Translations under genes and position numbers: made by a program | The notes under the pieces: model-generated | The model's database searches: none | Seen by the model: the letters and a program-made list of their open reading frames with translations, nothing else | What the model was told of the DNA's origin: nothing | Shown: positions 24,318 to 35,159 of the stretch, in pieces | Layout of the letters: each line of letters opens with the position of its first letter | Position numbering within the stretch: position 1 is the stretch's first letter | Source: a virus | DNA length: 64,000 bases | Virus record (IMG/VR): IMGVR_UViG_3300028584_000320 | Location: 1,001 to 65,000 of that record | Strand: one strand, 5' to 3'

Positions 24318-26534
24318 ATGGCTTCTGCTCCTCTATTCTGGGATCCAACCGACACGGCTCCTCTTATCGATCGCATGATCGGTGACGAGTACGAGGTCGT
24401 TAAGCGTGTAGGCGAAAACGTCCCAGGGTTCCTGGCCGCACTCGCTCTCATCGACCTGACGTCCGAGCAGATCATCGCCTTTACCAGCCGCCTGGTGGAG
24501 CTGGAAAATCTTGCTGGCTCCCTGGAAGGCCTGGACACAAGCGGCATCACTGCGCTCATCAACAGCGAGGCTTTGTCTCGTGCCCAAGGCGACGCGGCCC
24601 TGGAACTTCTGATCCAGGCCCTAACCACGGCGGTTGGTCTGAAGGCCGACGCGTCCCTGGCCAATGTCAGCAATGTTACCTTTGCGGCCAAGATCGTTGC
24701 ATCGGGTTACACAGGCGGCGGTGCTGTGTCCTGGGCTGATGTCACTGACAAGCCGGCGTTCGCCACTGCTGCTATCAAGTCCATTTCCGACTTTGGTACG
24801 ATCAACGGCAACGATTCATTCGACAATCAGCCGACATTCACCACCACAGAAGCCAGCCCCTACGCTCGCATCTACCTGCCAGAAGGCACGTTCTATACGA
24901 CCACGGGTCTGACTGATCTGAAGAAGGCCTATTACGGCCCCGGCAAGATCCGGCTGACTGATGGCTCCGTCCTGCCTGGCAAATTTACGACCATCACCGC
25001 GGCGCTCACACCGTACACGACTACCGGCATCACTGGGTTCTTCAGGGGCGACCTGAGCAAGGTCGAGCCTGCCTATTTTAGGATAGAGCCCGGCCTCCGC
25101 ATCGGCCACAGTGAGCGTTACTTCGAGCCCGGCTATATCCCTAAAGTCACTTGGTTCACGCCCTGCGGTGGCTGGTCGGGTCGCTCTGGTCGACTGCAAG
25201 ATCCCGCAGCCATGAACGCGACTGCAATCAAGATCCTGGGCGGCGTCAGTGGCTTTGTGCCCGGTCAGACACTCAAGATCTATGACTTCGCCACGCCCAC
25301 CCTGTTTGACACCATCACGATCTCCCCGGGAGGCGTTGACGCGTCAACGCAGATCGTCAGCTTCACGCCCCCACTCAGCAGGGCCTATGCAGCAAATTCG
25401 TTTGTCACACATGGCAATCGCACCTGGCACGGCAACGACTATGTACACGTCCGTAACTCGGGCGGCGGCGATGCCTATGGTCACATTGTCAGGCTGCAGC
25501 AAAACTACGTTCCGCTCGACAGCCAACTCCACTTCTTCGACACGGCAACGGTCGGGCAGTACGGCGGTGACGTCGTGTTCACCACCCCCGGCACCTACGC
25601 CACCGGCTGGGAAAGCCAGTACATCGACCAAGGCAATGACGTTGCGGTAATCGGGCAGGTGGACAGCTTTGTCCGCAGCGTGGACACCGGCGCCCGCTCC
25701 TGCGTCTGGGTCGGCACCTACCTCAAGAGCGAAGGCACGGCTCCTTGTGATGCGGCCCATGTTGTCGTGGGCGGTTGGCGCATCGGCCTCGACTTCGTTC
25801 GAGGAGACTTCAGCAGCAACGGCCAGGCCGCGATCCAGTTGAAGACCGCCCAGCGTATCTACCTCAATGGCTCAGTGACTAACGCTGGCCGAGGTGGCGA
25901 CCCTGCGGGCATCTATACCCCGTTCTTCGGCAACATCCTTGGCGACACCTGGATCGAGCACAACACGGACGTCACTGGCGCATACGCCGACATCCAGGTT
26001 GGTGCGACTCACAGGCTGAGGATGCGTGCTACCGGCCAATGTACCTGGACCGGAAACCTTAACCTCAGTAACGGCCTCAACGTCAACGCCGGCAACGCCT
26101 CGTTTGCTGGCGAAGTCAACATGGCCACCACCAGGTTTCTGTACCTGAACGGGGCCAACACAGCTTGGCTGACCCACAATGCTGATGTCACCTCTCCATA
26201 CGTAGACCTGGCAGTCAGCGCAACCTATCGACTGCGGATGCGGGGCACAGGGGTTCTGTCCTGGAACGGACAGATGAACATCAGCAACGGCTTGAACGTT
26301 GACGACGGCAACGTCTCTATCAATAAAGAGATAACGCTCGGCGGGAAGCTGACGCTGAACGCTACTGGCGGCACCAGCGGCATCGCCCTGACCGGGTCGC
26401 TTACCGCCACCGACCACGTCACCCTTGCCGGCAAGCTCTTCCTGAACACCGCCCAGACCGCCTGGATCGAGTACAACGGATCAAACGTCCGCGTGACCAA
26501 GAACAGCGGGTCTACTTTCGCGAACCTCGTGTAA
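24318..26534 (+). CDS. tail fibre / receptor-binding protein
   Basis: N4-type anchor (LIDRMIGDEYEVVKRV), coiled coil, beta-rich body, C-terminal 72-aa tandem repeats. Confidence 0.8.
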   Translation: MASAPLFWDPTDTAPLIDRMIGDEYEVVKRVGENVPGFLAALALIDLTSEQIIAFTSRLVELENLAGSLEGLDTSGITALINSEALSRAQGDAALELLIQALTTAVGLKADASLANVSNVTFAAKIVASGYTGGGAVSWADVTDKPAFATAAIKSISDFGTINGNDSFDNQPTFTTTEASPYARIYLPEGTFYTTTGLTDLKKAYYGPGKIRLTDGSVLPGKFTTITAALTPYTTTGITGFFRGDLSKVEPAYFRIEPGLRIGHSERYFEPGYIPKVTWFTPCGGWSGRSGRLQDPAAMNATAIKILGGVSGFVPGQTLKIYDFATPTLFDTITISPGGVDASTQIVSFTPPLSRAYAANSFVTHGNRTWHGNDYVHVRNSGGGDAYGHIVRLQQNYVPLDSQLHFFDTATVGQYGGDVVFTTPGTYATGWESQYIDQGNDVAVIGQVDSFVRSVDTGARSCVWVGTYLKSEGTAPCDAAHVVVGGWRIGLDFVRGDFSSNGQAAIQLKTAQRIYLNGSVTNAGRGGDPAGIYTPFFGNILGDTWIEHNTDVTGAYADIQVGATHRLRMRATGQCTWTGNLNLSNGLNVNAGNASFAGEVNMATTRFLYLNGANTAWLTHNADVTSPYVDLAVSATYRLRMRGTGVLSWNGQMNISNGLNVDDGNVSINKEITLGGKLTLNATGGTSGIALTGSLTATDHVTLAGKLFLNTAQTAWIEYNGSNVRVTKNSGSTFANLV

Positions 26535-26642
26535 GCGTTTCGAATATCTGAGTTGTATGTGGTCATTAAACTGCGCTATCGAAGGATACGCAGGAAAGTC
26601 TCCTGTATTGAAGCGTAACTCTGTGCCAGAAGATCTCAAGAC

Positions 26643-26981
26643 ATGTCTAATGAATCTGTAGAAGTCCAGATCGCTCGCATGGATGAGCGCTTGGTTATGA
26701 TAATTGGTGACATGAAAGAGGCCAGAGAGTCTCGCAAAGAGCAGTACGAAAGCACGGAGGCTCTTAGCGGCAAGATCACCAAACTGGACAGTAGGGTGGC
26801 AAATGTAGAGTCGTCGTTTGCGGCTGCTAAGCCAACGATCGAAGAGTTCATTGCCGTCAAGCACAAGGTCATTGGCGCTGGCGCAGCCGGCAAATGGCTT
26901 TGGGTAGCTTGCGGGGCACTCATCGGAATGATCGCTGCGTCCCGTGAAGCAGTGTTCCATTACTTTAGCAAAGGCAGCTGA
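26643..26981 (+). CDS. holin-like membrane protein (N4 gp63 position)
   Basis: Coiled coil plus a single C-terminal TM; first gene of the lysis cassette. Confidence 0.6.
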   Translation: MSNESVEVQIARMDERLVMIIGDMKEARESRKEQYESTEALSGKITKLDSRVANVESSFAAAKPTIEEFIAVKHKVIGAGAAGKWLWVACGALIGMIAASREAVFHYFSKGS

Positions 26982-26983
26982 GC

Positions 26984-27226
26984 ATGATCAGCAAAGTCGA
27001 GGATCGCCTGGTATCTGGATGGCGGTCAGCCTGGAAGCTGTGGTCTGTGCAGCTGAATGCCCTGGGCCTGGTGCTCATTGGCGTGGCTGAGCTGCTGCAG
27101 CAAGGCATCGTCGCTCTGCCTCCAGCTCTGCTCGACAAGCTCCCTTACGCAAGCACGATCGCCACGGTCTGCTTCGTTCTTGGTCTGGTTGCCAGGCTGA
27201 TCCGCCAAGACAAAAAGGCAGACTGA
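26984..27226 (+). CDS. holin/antiholin (2 TM; N4 gp62 position)
   Basis: WKLWSVQL..L pattern, two TM helices, basic C-terminus. Confidence 0.75.
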   Translation: MISKVEDRLVSGWRSAWKLWSVQLNALGLVLIGVAELLQQGIVALPPALLDKLPYASTIATVCFVLGLVARLIRQDKKAD

Positions 27227-27228
27227 CC

Positions 27229-27843
27229 GTGGCTATGCAACTGTCCCCCAAAGATAAGAAGGTCAGCGTTGTCAGCGCAGTGGCTGCTGCCATTCTGGCT
27301 GGCGTGCTGGCTGTTGAGGGCGGCTACGTCAACAACAAGAACGACCCAGGCGGCGTTACCAATCACGGTGTCACCGAGGCTGTGGCTCGAGCCGACGGCT
27401 ACACGGGCGACATGAGGGCTCTGCCCCAAGAGCGAGCCTTGTCGATCTTCCACAAGAACTACATCGTCAAGCCGGGGTTCGAGCCGTTCCTGGAGCTCTC
27501 GCCGGCTGTGGCTGAAGAGCTGATCGACTCCGCGGTCAATGCAGGACCAGGCCGTCCTTCTCGTTGGCTCCAGAGCTCGCTCAATGCCCTGAGCCAGCGG
27601 GGACAGCTGTATCCCCTGGTTCCTGTGGATGGTCGTGTCGGTCCTGGAACAGTGGACAGCTACCGGGCTCTGCAGAAGGCTCGAGGCAAGGTTGCTGCCT
27701 GCCAACTGGTCATCAAGTCGCTCGATGCCCAGCAAGGTGCTTACTACCTGATGATCTCCGAGAAGAACCCGAAGCTCCAGACCTTCACTGCCGGCTGGAT
27801 GCTGCATCGGATCGGCAACGTCCCACTCTCGCGCTGTGGTTAG
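27229..27843 (+). CDS. endolysin, GH108 N-acetylmuramidase with PG-binding domain, SAR-like N-terminus
   Basis: EGGYVNNKNDPGGVTNHGVT; VDGRVGPGT; F.AGW..RI. Confidence 0.92.
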   Translation: MAMQLSPKDKKVSVVSAVAAAILAGVLAVEGGYVNNKNDPGGVTNHGVTEAVARADGYTGDMRALPQERALSIFHKNYIVKPGFEPFLELSPAVAEELIDSAVNAGPGRPSRWLQSSLNALSQRGQLYPLVPVDGRVGPGTVDSYRALQKARGKVAACQLVIKSLDAQQGAYYLMISEKNPKLQTFTAGWMLHRIGNVPLSRCG

Positions 27844-27854
27844 AGAGACCAGTG

Positions 27855-28376
27855 ATGAATATCCCGAACCAGTCGACTTTGACCAAGTTCGCCCTATCTT
27901 CGCTTGCGCTAGTACTTGTTATGAGTGCGTGCGTGATTACGGGCGTCAAGCAGGGCGAGAACAATATAAATGCCCTGTGGCAGAAAGAAAAGCGCGAGAG
28001 GGCTGATGCTCTCCTGGTCCTGAACGGCAAGATCAAACAGCAGGAGTCTGTTCACCGGCAGGAGACGACCCGCATCGACGAACAACTCCGTAAGACCGAG
28101 GATCGCTATGAAGAAGCTACTTCCGCTCTTGCTGCTGAGCGCACTCAGCGCCTGCGCCTGTCAGACCAAAGAGCTGCAGCTTACGCCGCTCAAGCCCAAG
28201 CCGGATCCGATCAGTGCCGAAGTGTTGCAAGCCATGCAGCCGAACTCGACCGATCTCTCGAAGAGGGCAGGGGACTGGTTGGAGAGCTCAAAGAAGCTCT
28301 TGGACGGCGGGACGACCAACTAAGGCTCCTTGGAGCCCAGATTAACAATGACCGTAGCCTCCTGGATGCCAACTGA
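27855..28376 (+). CDS. inner-membrane spanin (Rz-like)
   Basis: N-terminal TM then long coiled coil; start ATG 27855. Confidence 0.8.
   Translation: MNIPNQSTLTKFALSSLALVLVMSACVITGVKQGENNINALWQKEKRERADALLVLNGKIKQQESVHRQETTRIDEQLRKTEDRYEEATSALAAERTQRLRLSDQRAAAYAAQAQAGSDQCRSVASHAAELDRSLEEGRGLVGELKEALGRRDDQLRLLGAQINNDRSLLDAN
28108..28323 (+). CDS. outer-membrane spanin lipoprotein (Rz1-like), nested in Rz
   Basis: Lipobox LSAC, Pro-rich linker, embedded out of frame. Confidence 0.85.
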   Translation: MKKLLPLLLLSALSACACQTKELQLTPLKPKPDPISAEVLQAMQPNSTDLSKRAGDWLESSKKLLDGGTTN

Positions 28377-30688
28377 TGGAACTGATTACGGACCCTTCGG
28401 TGGCAGTGAAGCTGACTACATGGAAGGCTGAGCCTTCTCTTCTGCGTCTGAAAGAAGACTTTGAGATGGCTAAGCCGTCTCATGATGCCCAGATGTTGAA
28501 GATCAACGGCTGGAACGACATGATGTTCGTTCGGGGCAGTGCTGCTCCGAAGAAGATCAAAGGCCGCTCGAGTGTGCAGCCCAAGCTGATCCGTCGCCAG
28601 GCGGAGTGGCGATATGCAGCACTGTCTGAGCCGTTCCTTGGCTCCAACAAGCTCTACAAGATCGACCCAGTCAGCTGGGAAGACGAAGACGCTGCCAAGC
28701 AGAACGAGCTGGTTCTCAACTGGCAGTTCCGAACCAAGATCAACCGCGTCAAGTTTATCGACGACTTCGTTCGCTCGACGGTGGACGAAGGCACCTCGGT
28801 GCTTCGTGTCGGCTGGTGCCGCACCGTCGTGAAGGTCAAGAAGAAGGTGCCGGTCTACAAGCACTTCTTGATCGCTGACGAAGAGCAGGCTCAGCAGTTC
28901 CAGCAAGCCCTGGAGCTGCGTGACAGCGATCCGCACACCTATAACAATGCGGTGCCGGCCAACATCCAGACGGCGATCGACTACTACGACGAGTCCGGCC
29001 AGCAGACCTATGCGATCCAGGATGGGACGCAAGAGGTTATGGTCGACAAGGTGGTCGAGAACCGACCCACGGTCGAGATCATCAACCCTCAGAACTTCTA
29101 CCTGGATCCAACCTGCAACGGTGACATCGACAAGGCGCTGTTTGGCATCCTGTCGTTCGAGACCAACCAGGCTGAGCTCAAGAAAAACCCTGAGCGCTAC
29201 AAGAACCTGAACCAGGTGAACTGGGAAACCAGTACCCCGATCACGCAGACTGACCACGCCAGCGCTATCACTGAACAGGCCCAGTTCAGGGACCTGATGC
29301 GCAAGAAGGTCGTGGCCTACGAGTATTGGGGCTTCTGCGACATCAACGGCGATGGCGTGCTGGTGCCTGTGGTCTGCACCTGGATCGGCAACACCATCAT
29401 CCGGATGGAGCGCAACCCGTTCCCTGACCAGAAGATCCCCTTTGTTTTGGTTCCCTACCTGCCGGTGAAGCGCAACGCTTTCGGTGAGCCCGATGCCGAG
29501 CTTCTGGAAGATAACCAGAAGATTCTGGGCGCTGTGAGCCGCGGCATGATCGATCTTCTGGGTCGGTCTGCCAACGCTCAGCGGGGCATGTCCAAGGGCC
29601 TGCTCGACCCGCTCAACAAGCGTAAATACGAGAACGGGGAGGATTACGAGTTCAATCCAACCCAAAATCCCCAGAGCGGGCTTATCGAGCACAAGTACCC
29701 AGAGCTGCCTCAGTCAGCGATGGTGATGCTCAACATGCAGAACCAGGAGGCTGAAGCACTTACGGGCGTGAAGTCCTTTTCTGGCGGCATGTCGGGCAAT
29801 GCCTATGGCGACACGGCTACCGGCGCCAAGGGTGTGATGGACGCTGCCGCTAAGCGGGAGATGTCGATCCTTCGTCGACTGGCTCAAGGCATGTGTGAGG
29901 TCGGCAACAAGTTCATCTCAATGAACTCGGCTTTCCTGACCGAGAAGGAAGTCGTTCGGGTCACCAACTCCGAGTTTGTGCAGCTGTCGCCGGCTCTCAA
30001 GGACGGTTCAAAAGACGCTCCTAGCTCCTTCGAGGATGGCCAAGAGGTCCAGAACAAGTTCGTCACGGTGAACCGGGAAGACCTGGCCGGCAACTTTGAC
30101 ATGTCCTGCGATATCTCCACCGCGGAGGTCGACAACGCCAAGTCCCAGGACCTGGCGATGATGACCCAGACGATTGGTCCCAATGCGCCTCCTGGTGTGG
30201 CCATGATGCTGATGGCTGAGATCGCTGACCTGAAGCGTATGCCTGGCCTGGCTCACAAGCTGCGGACCTACCAGCCCGAGCCTGATCCCATGGCCGAGCA
30301 GCTCAAGGAAATGGAGCTGCAGAAGGCCAAACTGGAGATTGCTGTTCTGGAGAGCCAGGTGGCTCTGAACCAAGCCCGTACAGCCGAGACCGCGTCCAAG
30401 AAAGACAAGATTGATCTGGACTACGTCGAGACGGAGACGGGCACCAAACACGCTCGTGATCTGGACAGACAAGGCGCTCAGGCCCGAGGCAACCAGGACT
30501 TGGTGATCACCAAAGCCCTGGCTCAGCCTCTTAAGCCAGAGAATACCCGCCCTAATATCGAAGCGGCGGTGGGCTATAACGAGATCACTGAAGAGAAAGC
30601 CCGCAACAACACTACATATAGCCCGCCTGTAAGTGTTGACATGCCTGAGCAAATACCAGCAATACCGGAACAAGCTGCCTTCTACTGA
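28376..30688 (+). CDS. portal protein (N4 gp59-like)
   Basis: 770 aa, [35 protein letters not shown]. Confidence 0.92.
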   Translation: MELITDPSVAVKLTTWKAEPSLLRLKEDFEMAKPSHDAQMLKINGWNDMMFVRGSAAPKKIKGRSSVQPKLIRRQAEWRYAALSEPFLGSNKLYKIDPVSWEDEDAAKQNELVLNWQFRTKINRVKFIDDFVRSTVDEGTSVLRVGWCRTVVKVKKKVPVYKHFLIADEEQAQQFQQALELRDSDPHTYNNAVPANIQTAIDYYDESGQQTYAIQDGTQEVMVDKVVENRPTVEIINPQNFYLDPTCNGDIDKALFGILSFETNQAELKKNPERYKNLNQVNWETSTPITQTDHASAITEQAQFRDLMRKKVVAYEYWGFCDINGDGVLVPVVCTWIGNTIIRMERNPFPDQKIPFVLVPYLPVKRNAFGEPDAELLEDNQKILGAVSRGMIDLLGRSANAQRGMSKGLLDPLNKRKYENGEDYEFNPTQNPQSGLIEHKYPELPQSAMVMLNMQNQEAEALTGVKSFSGGMSGNAYGDTATGAKGVMDAAAKREMSILRRLAQGMCEVGNKFISMNSAFLTEKEVVRVTNSEFVQLSPALKDGSKDAPSSFEDGQEVQNKFVTVNREDLAGNFDMSCDISTAEVDNAKSQDLAMMTQTIGPNAPPGVAMMLMAEIADLKRMPGLAHKLRTYQPEPDPMAEQLKEMELQKAKLEIAVLESQVALNQARTAETASKKDKIDLDYVETETGTKHARDLDRQGAQARGNQDLVITKALAQPLKPENTRPNIEAAVGYNEITEEKARNNTTYSPPVSVDMPEQIPAIPEQAAFY

Positions 30689-30744
30689 TTGCAGTTAAGC
30701 AAAAACAATACCCATCCTGAAACGTCTAAGGACCAGTTAGACAA

Positions 30745-31080
30745 ATGACCGAACTTGAAAATCTGGAACAGCAACTCGAAAACGCCAAGACGCTTATTGA
30801 TGTGCGTCAGCGGGCTATGAGACTGGCTCAGAACTCCGACTTCCGGAAACTGATCCTGGAGGGCTTCTGCACCACTGACGCTGCTCGTCTTGTTCAGCAG
30901 TCAGGTGACCCTGCCATGGGCGCTGAAGAACGGGCCGATGCCTTGGCCATGGCCCAAGCTTCAGGTCACCTGAAGCGCTATCTGTCGGCCGCTATCCGAA
31001 TGGGTGAGCACTCTGAGCGCACGCTGGGCGAGCTCCAGGAAGCGATCGAAGACGCTCGGATCGAAGGCGGTGCTGAGTGA
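30745..31080 (+). CDS. N4 gp58-like protein
   Basis: NSDFRKLILEGF pattern, synteny between portal and gp57. Confidence 0.75.
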   Translation: MTELENLEQQLENAKTLIDVRQRAMRLAQNSDFRKLILEGFCTTDAARLVQQSGDPAMGAEERADALAMAQASGHLKRYLSAAIRMGEHSERTLGELQEAIEDARIEGGAE

Positions 31081-32237
31081 GCGACCTGGCGGCGGAAGCC
31101 GCTAGCGTCCAGGAAGAAGAGCCAAACTTCCTCTCGATGTCGGACGAGGACATCATGAGCATGTCCTCGCCGACGGCTGAGGTGCCTGTTGCCGAAGAGC
31201 CGGCTGCAGTTGTCGAGCCCGCGGTCGTGGAGCCAGTAGCTGCTGCGCCTGTAGAGGCTAACCCGCTGGTCGATCCAGTGGCTGCTCTTCCTGGTTCAGG
31301 CGAAGCTGTAGCAGCTCCGGCTGTTGTGGAAGGTGAAGTCGCTCCTGTTGAAGCTAAGGCTGGCCCTGCGGACTATGAAGGCTTCTACAACCAGATCATG
31401 ACCCCGTTCAAAGCGAACGGCAAAACTATCGAGCTTAAGTCTCCGGACGAAGCCGTACAACTCATGCAGATGGGTGCGAACTACACTCGGAAGATGCAGG
31501 AACTTGTTCCTCATCGGAAGACAATCACTATGCTGCAGAACAACAACATCGATGAAGGGAAGCTTTCTTTCCTTATTGATCTAGACAAGAAGAACCCAGA
31601 GGCGATAAAGAAGCTTCTGAAGGAGAGTGGTATCGATCCTTTGGATATCGATACCTCCTCTGAGCCAGCATATCTGGAAGGCAATCACCAGGTTACTGAT
31701 GAAGAAGTGAACTTTCGTACTGCTCTGGAAGAGGTAAGCTCTACTCCAGACGGCAAAGCCACACTTCAGGTCATCAATAGCGACTGGGATCAAGCCAGCA
31801 AGGATGTGCTCTGGAAGAACCCAGAGACTATGGCGCTAATCCATGGACAACGTGAGTTCGGTATCTATGACCGGATCACTGAGGAAATGGCTCGCCAGAA
31901 GACCCTGGGTACAATTCCAGCCGGCAAGCCGTTTCTGGAAGCCTACAAGATTGTCGGAGATCAGCTGACTGCAGCTGGAGCCTTCGCCGATCTAGTGGAA
32001 AAGCACCAAGGCAACGCACCCTCGGAAGCGCCTGCATCGCCCGGCCCGGCGACAAGCAAGGTGGCTCCTGAGCCGGTTGTGACCAGGGCTGCGACACCCA
32101 AGCCTGCCGTCTCGAACGGTGCTGCAGCTGGAGCTGCTTCGCCTACTCGAGCCGCCCCCACAACCGCTCAGGTCTTCGTCAACCCACTCTCGATGTCGGA
32201 TGACGATTTCCTCAAGACTTTCAATGGCCGGCTGTAG
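31077..32237 (+). CDS. N4 gp57-like protein (scaffold / tape-measure annotation)
   Basis: FKANGKTI...EAVQLMQMGANYTRKMQ conserved block; repeated LSMSDED/LSMSDDD termini. Confidence 0.8.
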   Translation: MSDLAAEAASVQEEEPNFLSMSDEDIMSMSSPTAEVPVAEEPAAVVEPAVVEPVAAAPVEANPLVDPVAALPGSGEAVAAPAVVEGEVAPVEAKAGPADYEGFYNQIMTPFKANGKTIELKSPDEAVQLMQMGANYTRKMQELVPHRKTITMLQNNNIDEGKLSFLIDLDKKNPEAIKKLLKESGIDPLDIDTSSEPAYLEGNHQVTDEEVNFRTALEEVSSTPDGKATLQVINSDWDQASKDVLWKNPETMALIHGQREFGIYDRITEEMARQKTLGTIPAGKPFLEAYKIVGDQLTAAGAFADLVEKHQGNAPSEAPASPGPATSKVAPEPVVTRAATPKPAVSNGAAAGAASPTRAAPTTAQVFVNPLSMSDDDFLKTFNGRL

Positions 32238-32264
32238 CCGGCTAAAGCTTAAGGACACAGTCCA

Positions 32265-33455
32265 GTGCTGAACTACAACAACCCCTACGGCGGCACCAAG
32301 TCGGACATCGATGCCGTTGGTTCGACCCAGATGGAGACCTTCTTCCAACTGAAGAAGGCCATCATCACGGCCCGCAAAGACCAGTATTTCATGCCGCTGG
32401 CGTCGACGATCAACATGCCGAAGAACTACGGCAAGACGATCAAGGTCTACGAGTACATTCCTCTGCTCGACGACCGCAACGTCAACGACCAGGGCATCGA
32501 TGCTGCCGGCGCTACGATTACCAACGGCAACCTCTATGGCTCGTCCAAGGACGTCGGCACCATCACCGCGAAGATGCCGACCCTGACTGAAAGCGGTGGC
32601 CGCGTGAACCGCGTCGGTTTCACCCGCGTCCAGCGTGAAGGCTCGATCTTCAAGTTCGGCTTCTACACCGAGTTCACCCAGGAAGCCCTGGACTTCGATA
32701 CCGACTCGGAACTGATGAGCCACCTGGCCACCGAGCTGATGAACGGCGCCGTCCAACTGACGGAAGCTGTTCTGCAGAAGGACCTGCTGGCTGCTGTCGG
32801 TGTCATCGTCTACGCCGGCGCTGCCACCACCAACGGCACTGTGACTGCTGAAGGCGCTACGCCTTCGATCGTCAGCTATGCCAACCTGATGCGTCTGGAT
32901 CAGATCCTGACGGACAACCGCACGCCCAAGCAGACCACGGTGGTCACCGGCTCGCGCCTGGTGGACACCAAGACCCTGCCGGCTGCCCGGGTCATGTTCA
33001 TTGGCTCGGAACTGGTTCCGGTGATCAAGGCTATGAAGGACCTGCACAACGAGCGGGCCTTCATTCCGGTCCAGCGCTACGGCGATGCGGGCACCATCCT
33101 GAACGGCGAAATCGGCACCGTCGATGCGTTCCGCATCGTCCAGGTTCCGGAAATGCTGAACTGGGCTGGTGCAGGCGCCACTGTCAGCACCAACCCCGGC
33201 TATCGGGTCACTGCCGGCAAGTACAACGTCTACCCCATGCTGGTGCTGGGCGAGGACTCGTGGACCACCATCGGTTTCCAGACCGACGGCAAGTCCGTGA
33301 AGTTCGAGGTCATGACCAAGATGCCAGGCAAGGAAACCGCGGATCGCAACGATCCCTACGGTGAGACCGGCTTCAGCTCGATCAAGTGGTACTACGGTAT
33401 CATGATCAAGCGTCCTGAGCGCATGGGTCTGATCAAGACCGTTGCTCCGCTGTAA
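32265..33455 (+). CDS. major capsid protein (N4 gp56-like)
   Basis: 396 aa, strong codon bias, KYGFY.EFTQE-type block, followed by a terminator. Confidence 0.93.
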   Translation: MLNYNNPYGGTKSDIDAVGSTQMETFFQLKKAIITARKDQYFMPLASTINMPKNYGKTIKVYEYIPLLDDRNVNDQGIDAAGATITNGNLYGSSKDVGTITAKMPTLTESGGRVNRVGFTRVQREGSIFKFGFYTEFTQEALDFDTDSELMSHLATELMNGAVQLTEAVLQKDLLAAVGVIVYAGAATTNGTVTAEGATPSIVSYANLMRLDQILTDNRTPKQTTVVTGSRLVDTKTLPAARVMFIGSELVPVIKAMKDLHNERAFIPVQRYGDAGTILNGEIGTVDAFRIVQVPEMLNWAGAGATVSTNPGYRVTAGKYNVYPMLVLGEDSWTTIGFQTDGKSVKFEVMTKMPGKETADRNDPYGETGFSSIKWYYGIMIKRPERMGLIKTVAPL

Positions 33456-33478
33456 AGCGAAAGCATTCTGAAATAGAG

Positions 33479-33508
33479 AGGGCGGGCCTATTGGCTCGCC
33501 CTTTTTAT
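33479..33508 (+). terminator. rho-independent terminator after MCP
   Basis: AGGGCGGGCC-TATT-GGCTCGCCCT-TTTT. Confidence 0.85.
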
Positions 33509-33560
33509 TGACTACAGTGCAATCACTCAAATCACTCTTCCAATATGGATCCAAGGACCA

Positions 33561-34244
33561 ATGGATAACCAGAACAAAGACCAGAAGAACACGGCAGTTA
33601 TTGGCGTGTTTTCGGCTGCCGCTGAAGACACCACTCCGGAGATCGTGCAGCTTGATCCCGCTGCCGAAAAAGAAGTGCTGATGAACCGAGCCCGCATGAT
33701 GGGCATCGAGTTCTCCAACAACATCGGCATCGACACCCTGCGTCAGCGCATCAACGCCAAGCTCGACGAGAGCGATGAAGAAGATGAGCCGGACTACGAA
33801 GAAGTCGCGGAAGTCGAAGAGCCTGTGGTCACCAATGCGCTGACCGGCGAACCTGCGAACGCCCGCAAGAAAACGCTTCGCGAGACGATCCACGACGAGC
33901 AGATGAAGCTGGTCCGCATCCGGGTCACCTGCATGGATCCAAAGAAGAAGGATCTGCACGGCGAGGTGTTCACCCTGGCCAACGAGTACCTGGGCACTGT
34001 CCGCAAGTTCGTGCCGTTCGGTGAAGTCACCGATAACGGCTTCCATGTGCCCTACTGCATCTACACGATGATGGAAGAGCGTCGGTTCCTCAACATCCGC
34101 ACGATCAAGGATCCCCGCACGGGTCGTGACGAAGTCCAGAGCAACTACGCTAAGGAGTTCGCCATGGAGGTCCTGTATCCTCTGACGCCGCATGATCTGG
34201 CTCAGCTGGCCAATGCCCAGGCCGCTGCCGGCAGCATCGACTAA
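33561..34244 (+). CDS. N4 gp55-like protein
   Basis: LVRIRVTCMDPKKKDLHGEVFT..N...VRKFVPF conserved block. Confidence 0.8.
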   Translation: MDNQNKDQKNTAVIGVFSAAAEDTTPEIVQLDPAAEKEVLMNRARMMGIEFSNNIGIDTLRQRINAKLDESDEEDEPDYEEVAEVEEPVVTNALTGEPANARKKTLRETIHDEQMKLVRIRVTCMDPKKKDLHGEVFTLANEYLGTVRKFVPFGEVTDNGFHVPYCIYTMMEERRFLNIRTIKDPRTGRDEVQSNYAKEFAMEVLYPLTPHDLAQLANAQAAAGSID

Positions 34245-34256
34245 CACTAGCGTACA

Positions 34257-34289
34257 AAGCCCGCTCTCTTAAGTGAGAGCGGGTTCTTT
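34257..34289 (+). terminator. rho-independent terminator
   Basis: CCCGCTCTC-TTAAGT-GAGAGCGGG-TTCTTT. Confidence 0.75.
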
Positions 34290-34304
34290 GAAAGAGACCT
34301 GATT

Positions 34305-35156
34305 ATGGCCGCATCTGATACCGCAGCGAACGCCGCTTTTACGGCCCTGACATCGGGGACGGACTTCTCGATTTCCTCGCCAGACATGTCGTCGGCAAGC
34401 TATCAGCTGCCAGACCTGACAGGTCCTCTGCACGCAACGGTGACCAAGCTGGTCAACGCCGACCTGACCACGGGTGTGGTTGCAGGCACCGGCACGTTCG
34501 ACCAGCTGATGCAGGGTTTCAAAGTCCATCTCAGGGGCGAGTTCGAAGGCAACCGCATCAGCGGAGCCGAATACACCAAGGCTTTCATTGCCCTAACCGA
34601 AGGTGCGATGAGCAACGCTGTGCAGTTCCTGCTCGGCAAAGACACCGCTCATTGGCAAGCCATCAGCGCCCAGGTCCAGGCCCAGGTAGCGCAGGTTCAG
34701 CTGGTCACGGCCCGGGTTGGCCTAGAGACGGCCAAGGCTCAGCTGGAACAGCTGCAGATGGAAGCTCAGCTGGTTCAAGCCAACTACGCTCTGACCAAGC
34801 TGAAGCTGGCCACGGAGTCGGTAACCTACGACGCCTCGCTCTACACCGTGAACACGATGCTGCCTCAGCAGCTTCAGCTGGTGAAAGAACAGACCGAGGT
34901 CCAAAGGGCTCAGACCCTGGACGTCCGGGCTGATGGCGACACTGTCGTTGGTTCCGTTGGCAAGCAGAAGGCCCTCTACACCCAGCAAATCGAGTCCTAC
35001 AAGCGGGATGCTGAGGTTAAGGCTGCCAAGATCTTCACCGACGCCTGGATCACCCAGAAGTCGATGGACGAAGGCACTCTGCCTCCTGACGCTTTCAACA
35101 ATGCCAGCCTGCAGACGGTTCTGATTGCCATCAAAGCCGCTAACGGGCTTGGCTAA
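34305..35156 (+). CDS. virion structural protein (N4 gp54-like)
   Basis: G.FD.LM...RI.G.EY..A pattern; VGKQKALY.QQI.SY. Confidence 0.8.
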   Translation: MAASDTAANAAFTALTSGTDFSISSPDMSSASYQLPDLTGPLHATVTKLVNADLTTGVVAGTGTFDQLMQGFKVHLRGEFEGNRISGAEYTKAFIALTEGAMSNAVQFLLGKDTAHWQAISAQVQAQVAQVQLVTARVGLETAKAQLEQLQMEAQLVQANYALTKLKLATESVTYDASLYTVNTMLPQQLQLVKEQTEVQRAQTLDVRADGDTVVGSVGKQKALYTQQIESYKRDAEVKAAKIFTDAWITQKSMDEGTLPPDAFNNASLQTVLIAIKAANGLG

Positions 35157-35159
35157 TCG

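Noticed and set aside
27855-28376. Gene nested inside a gene in the lysis cassette
   Set aside because: Standard embedded Rz/Rz1 spanin architecture.
31992-34247. 751-aa antisense ORF over MCP/gp55 (also 28211-29692 and many others opposite real genes)
   Set aside because: Shadow ORFs produced by strong C/G third-position bias of the sense genes; no motifs or RBS.
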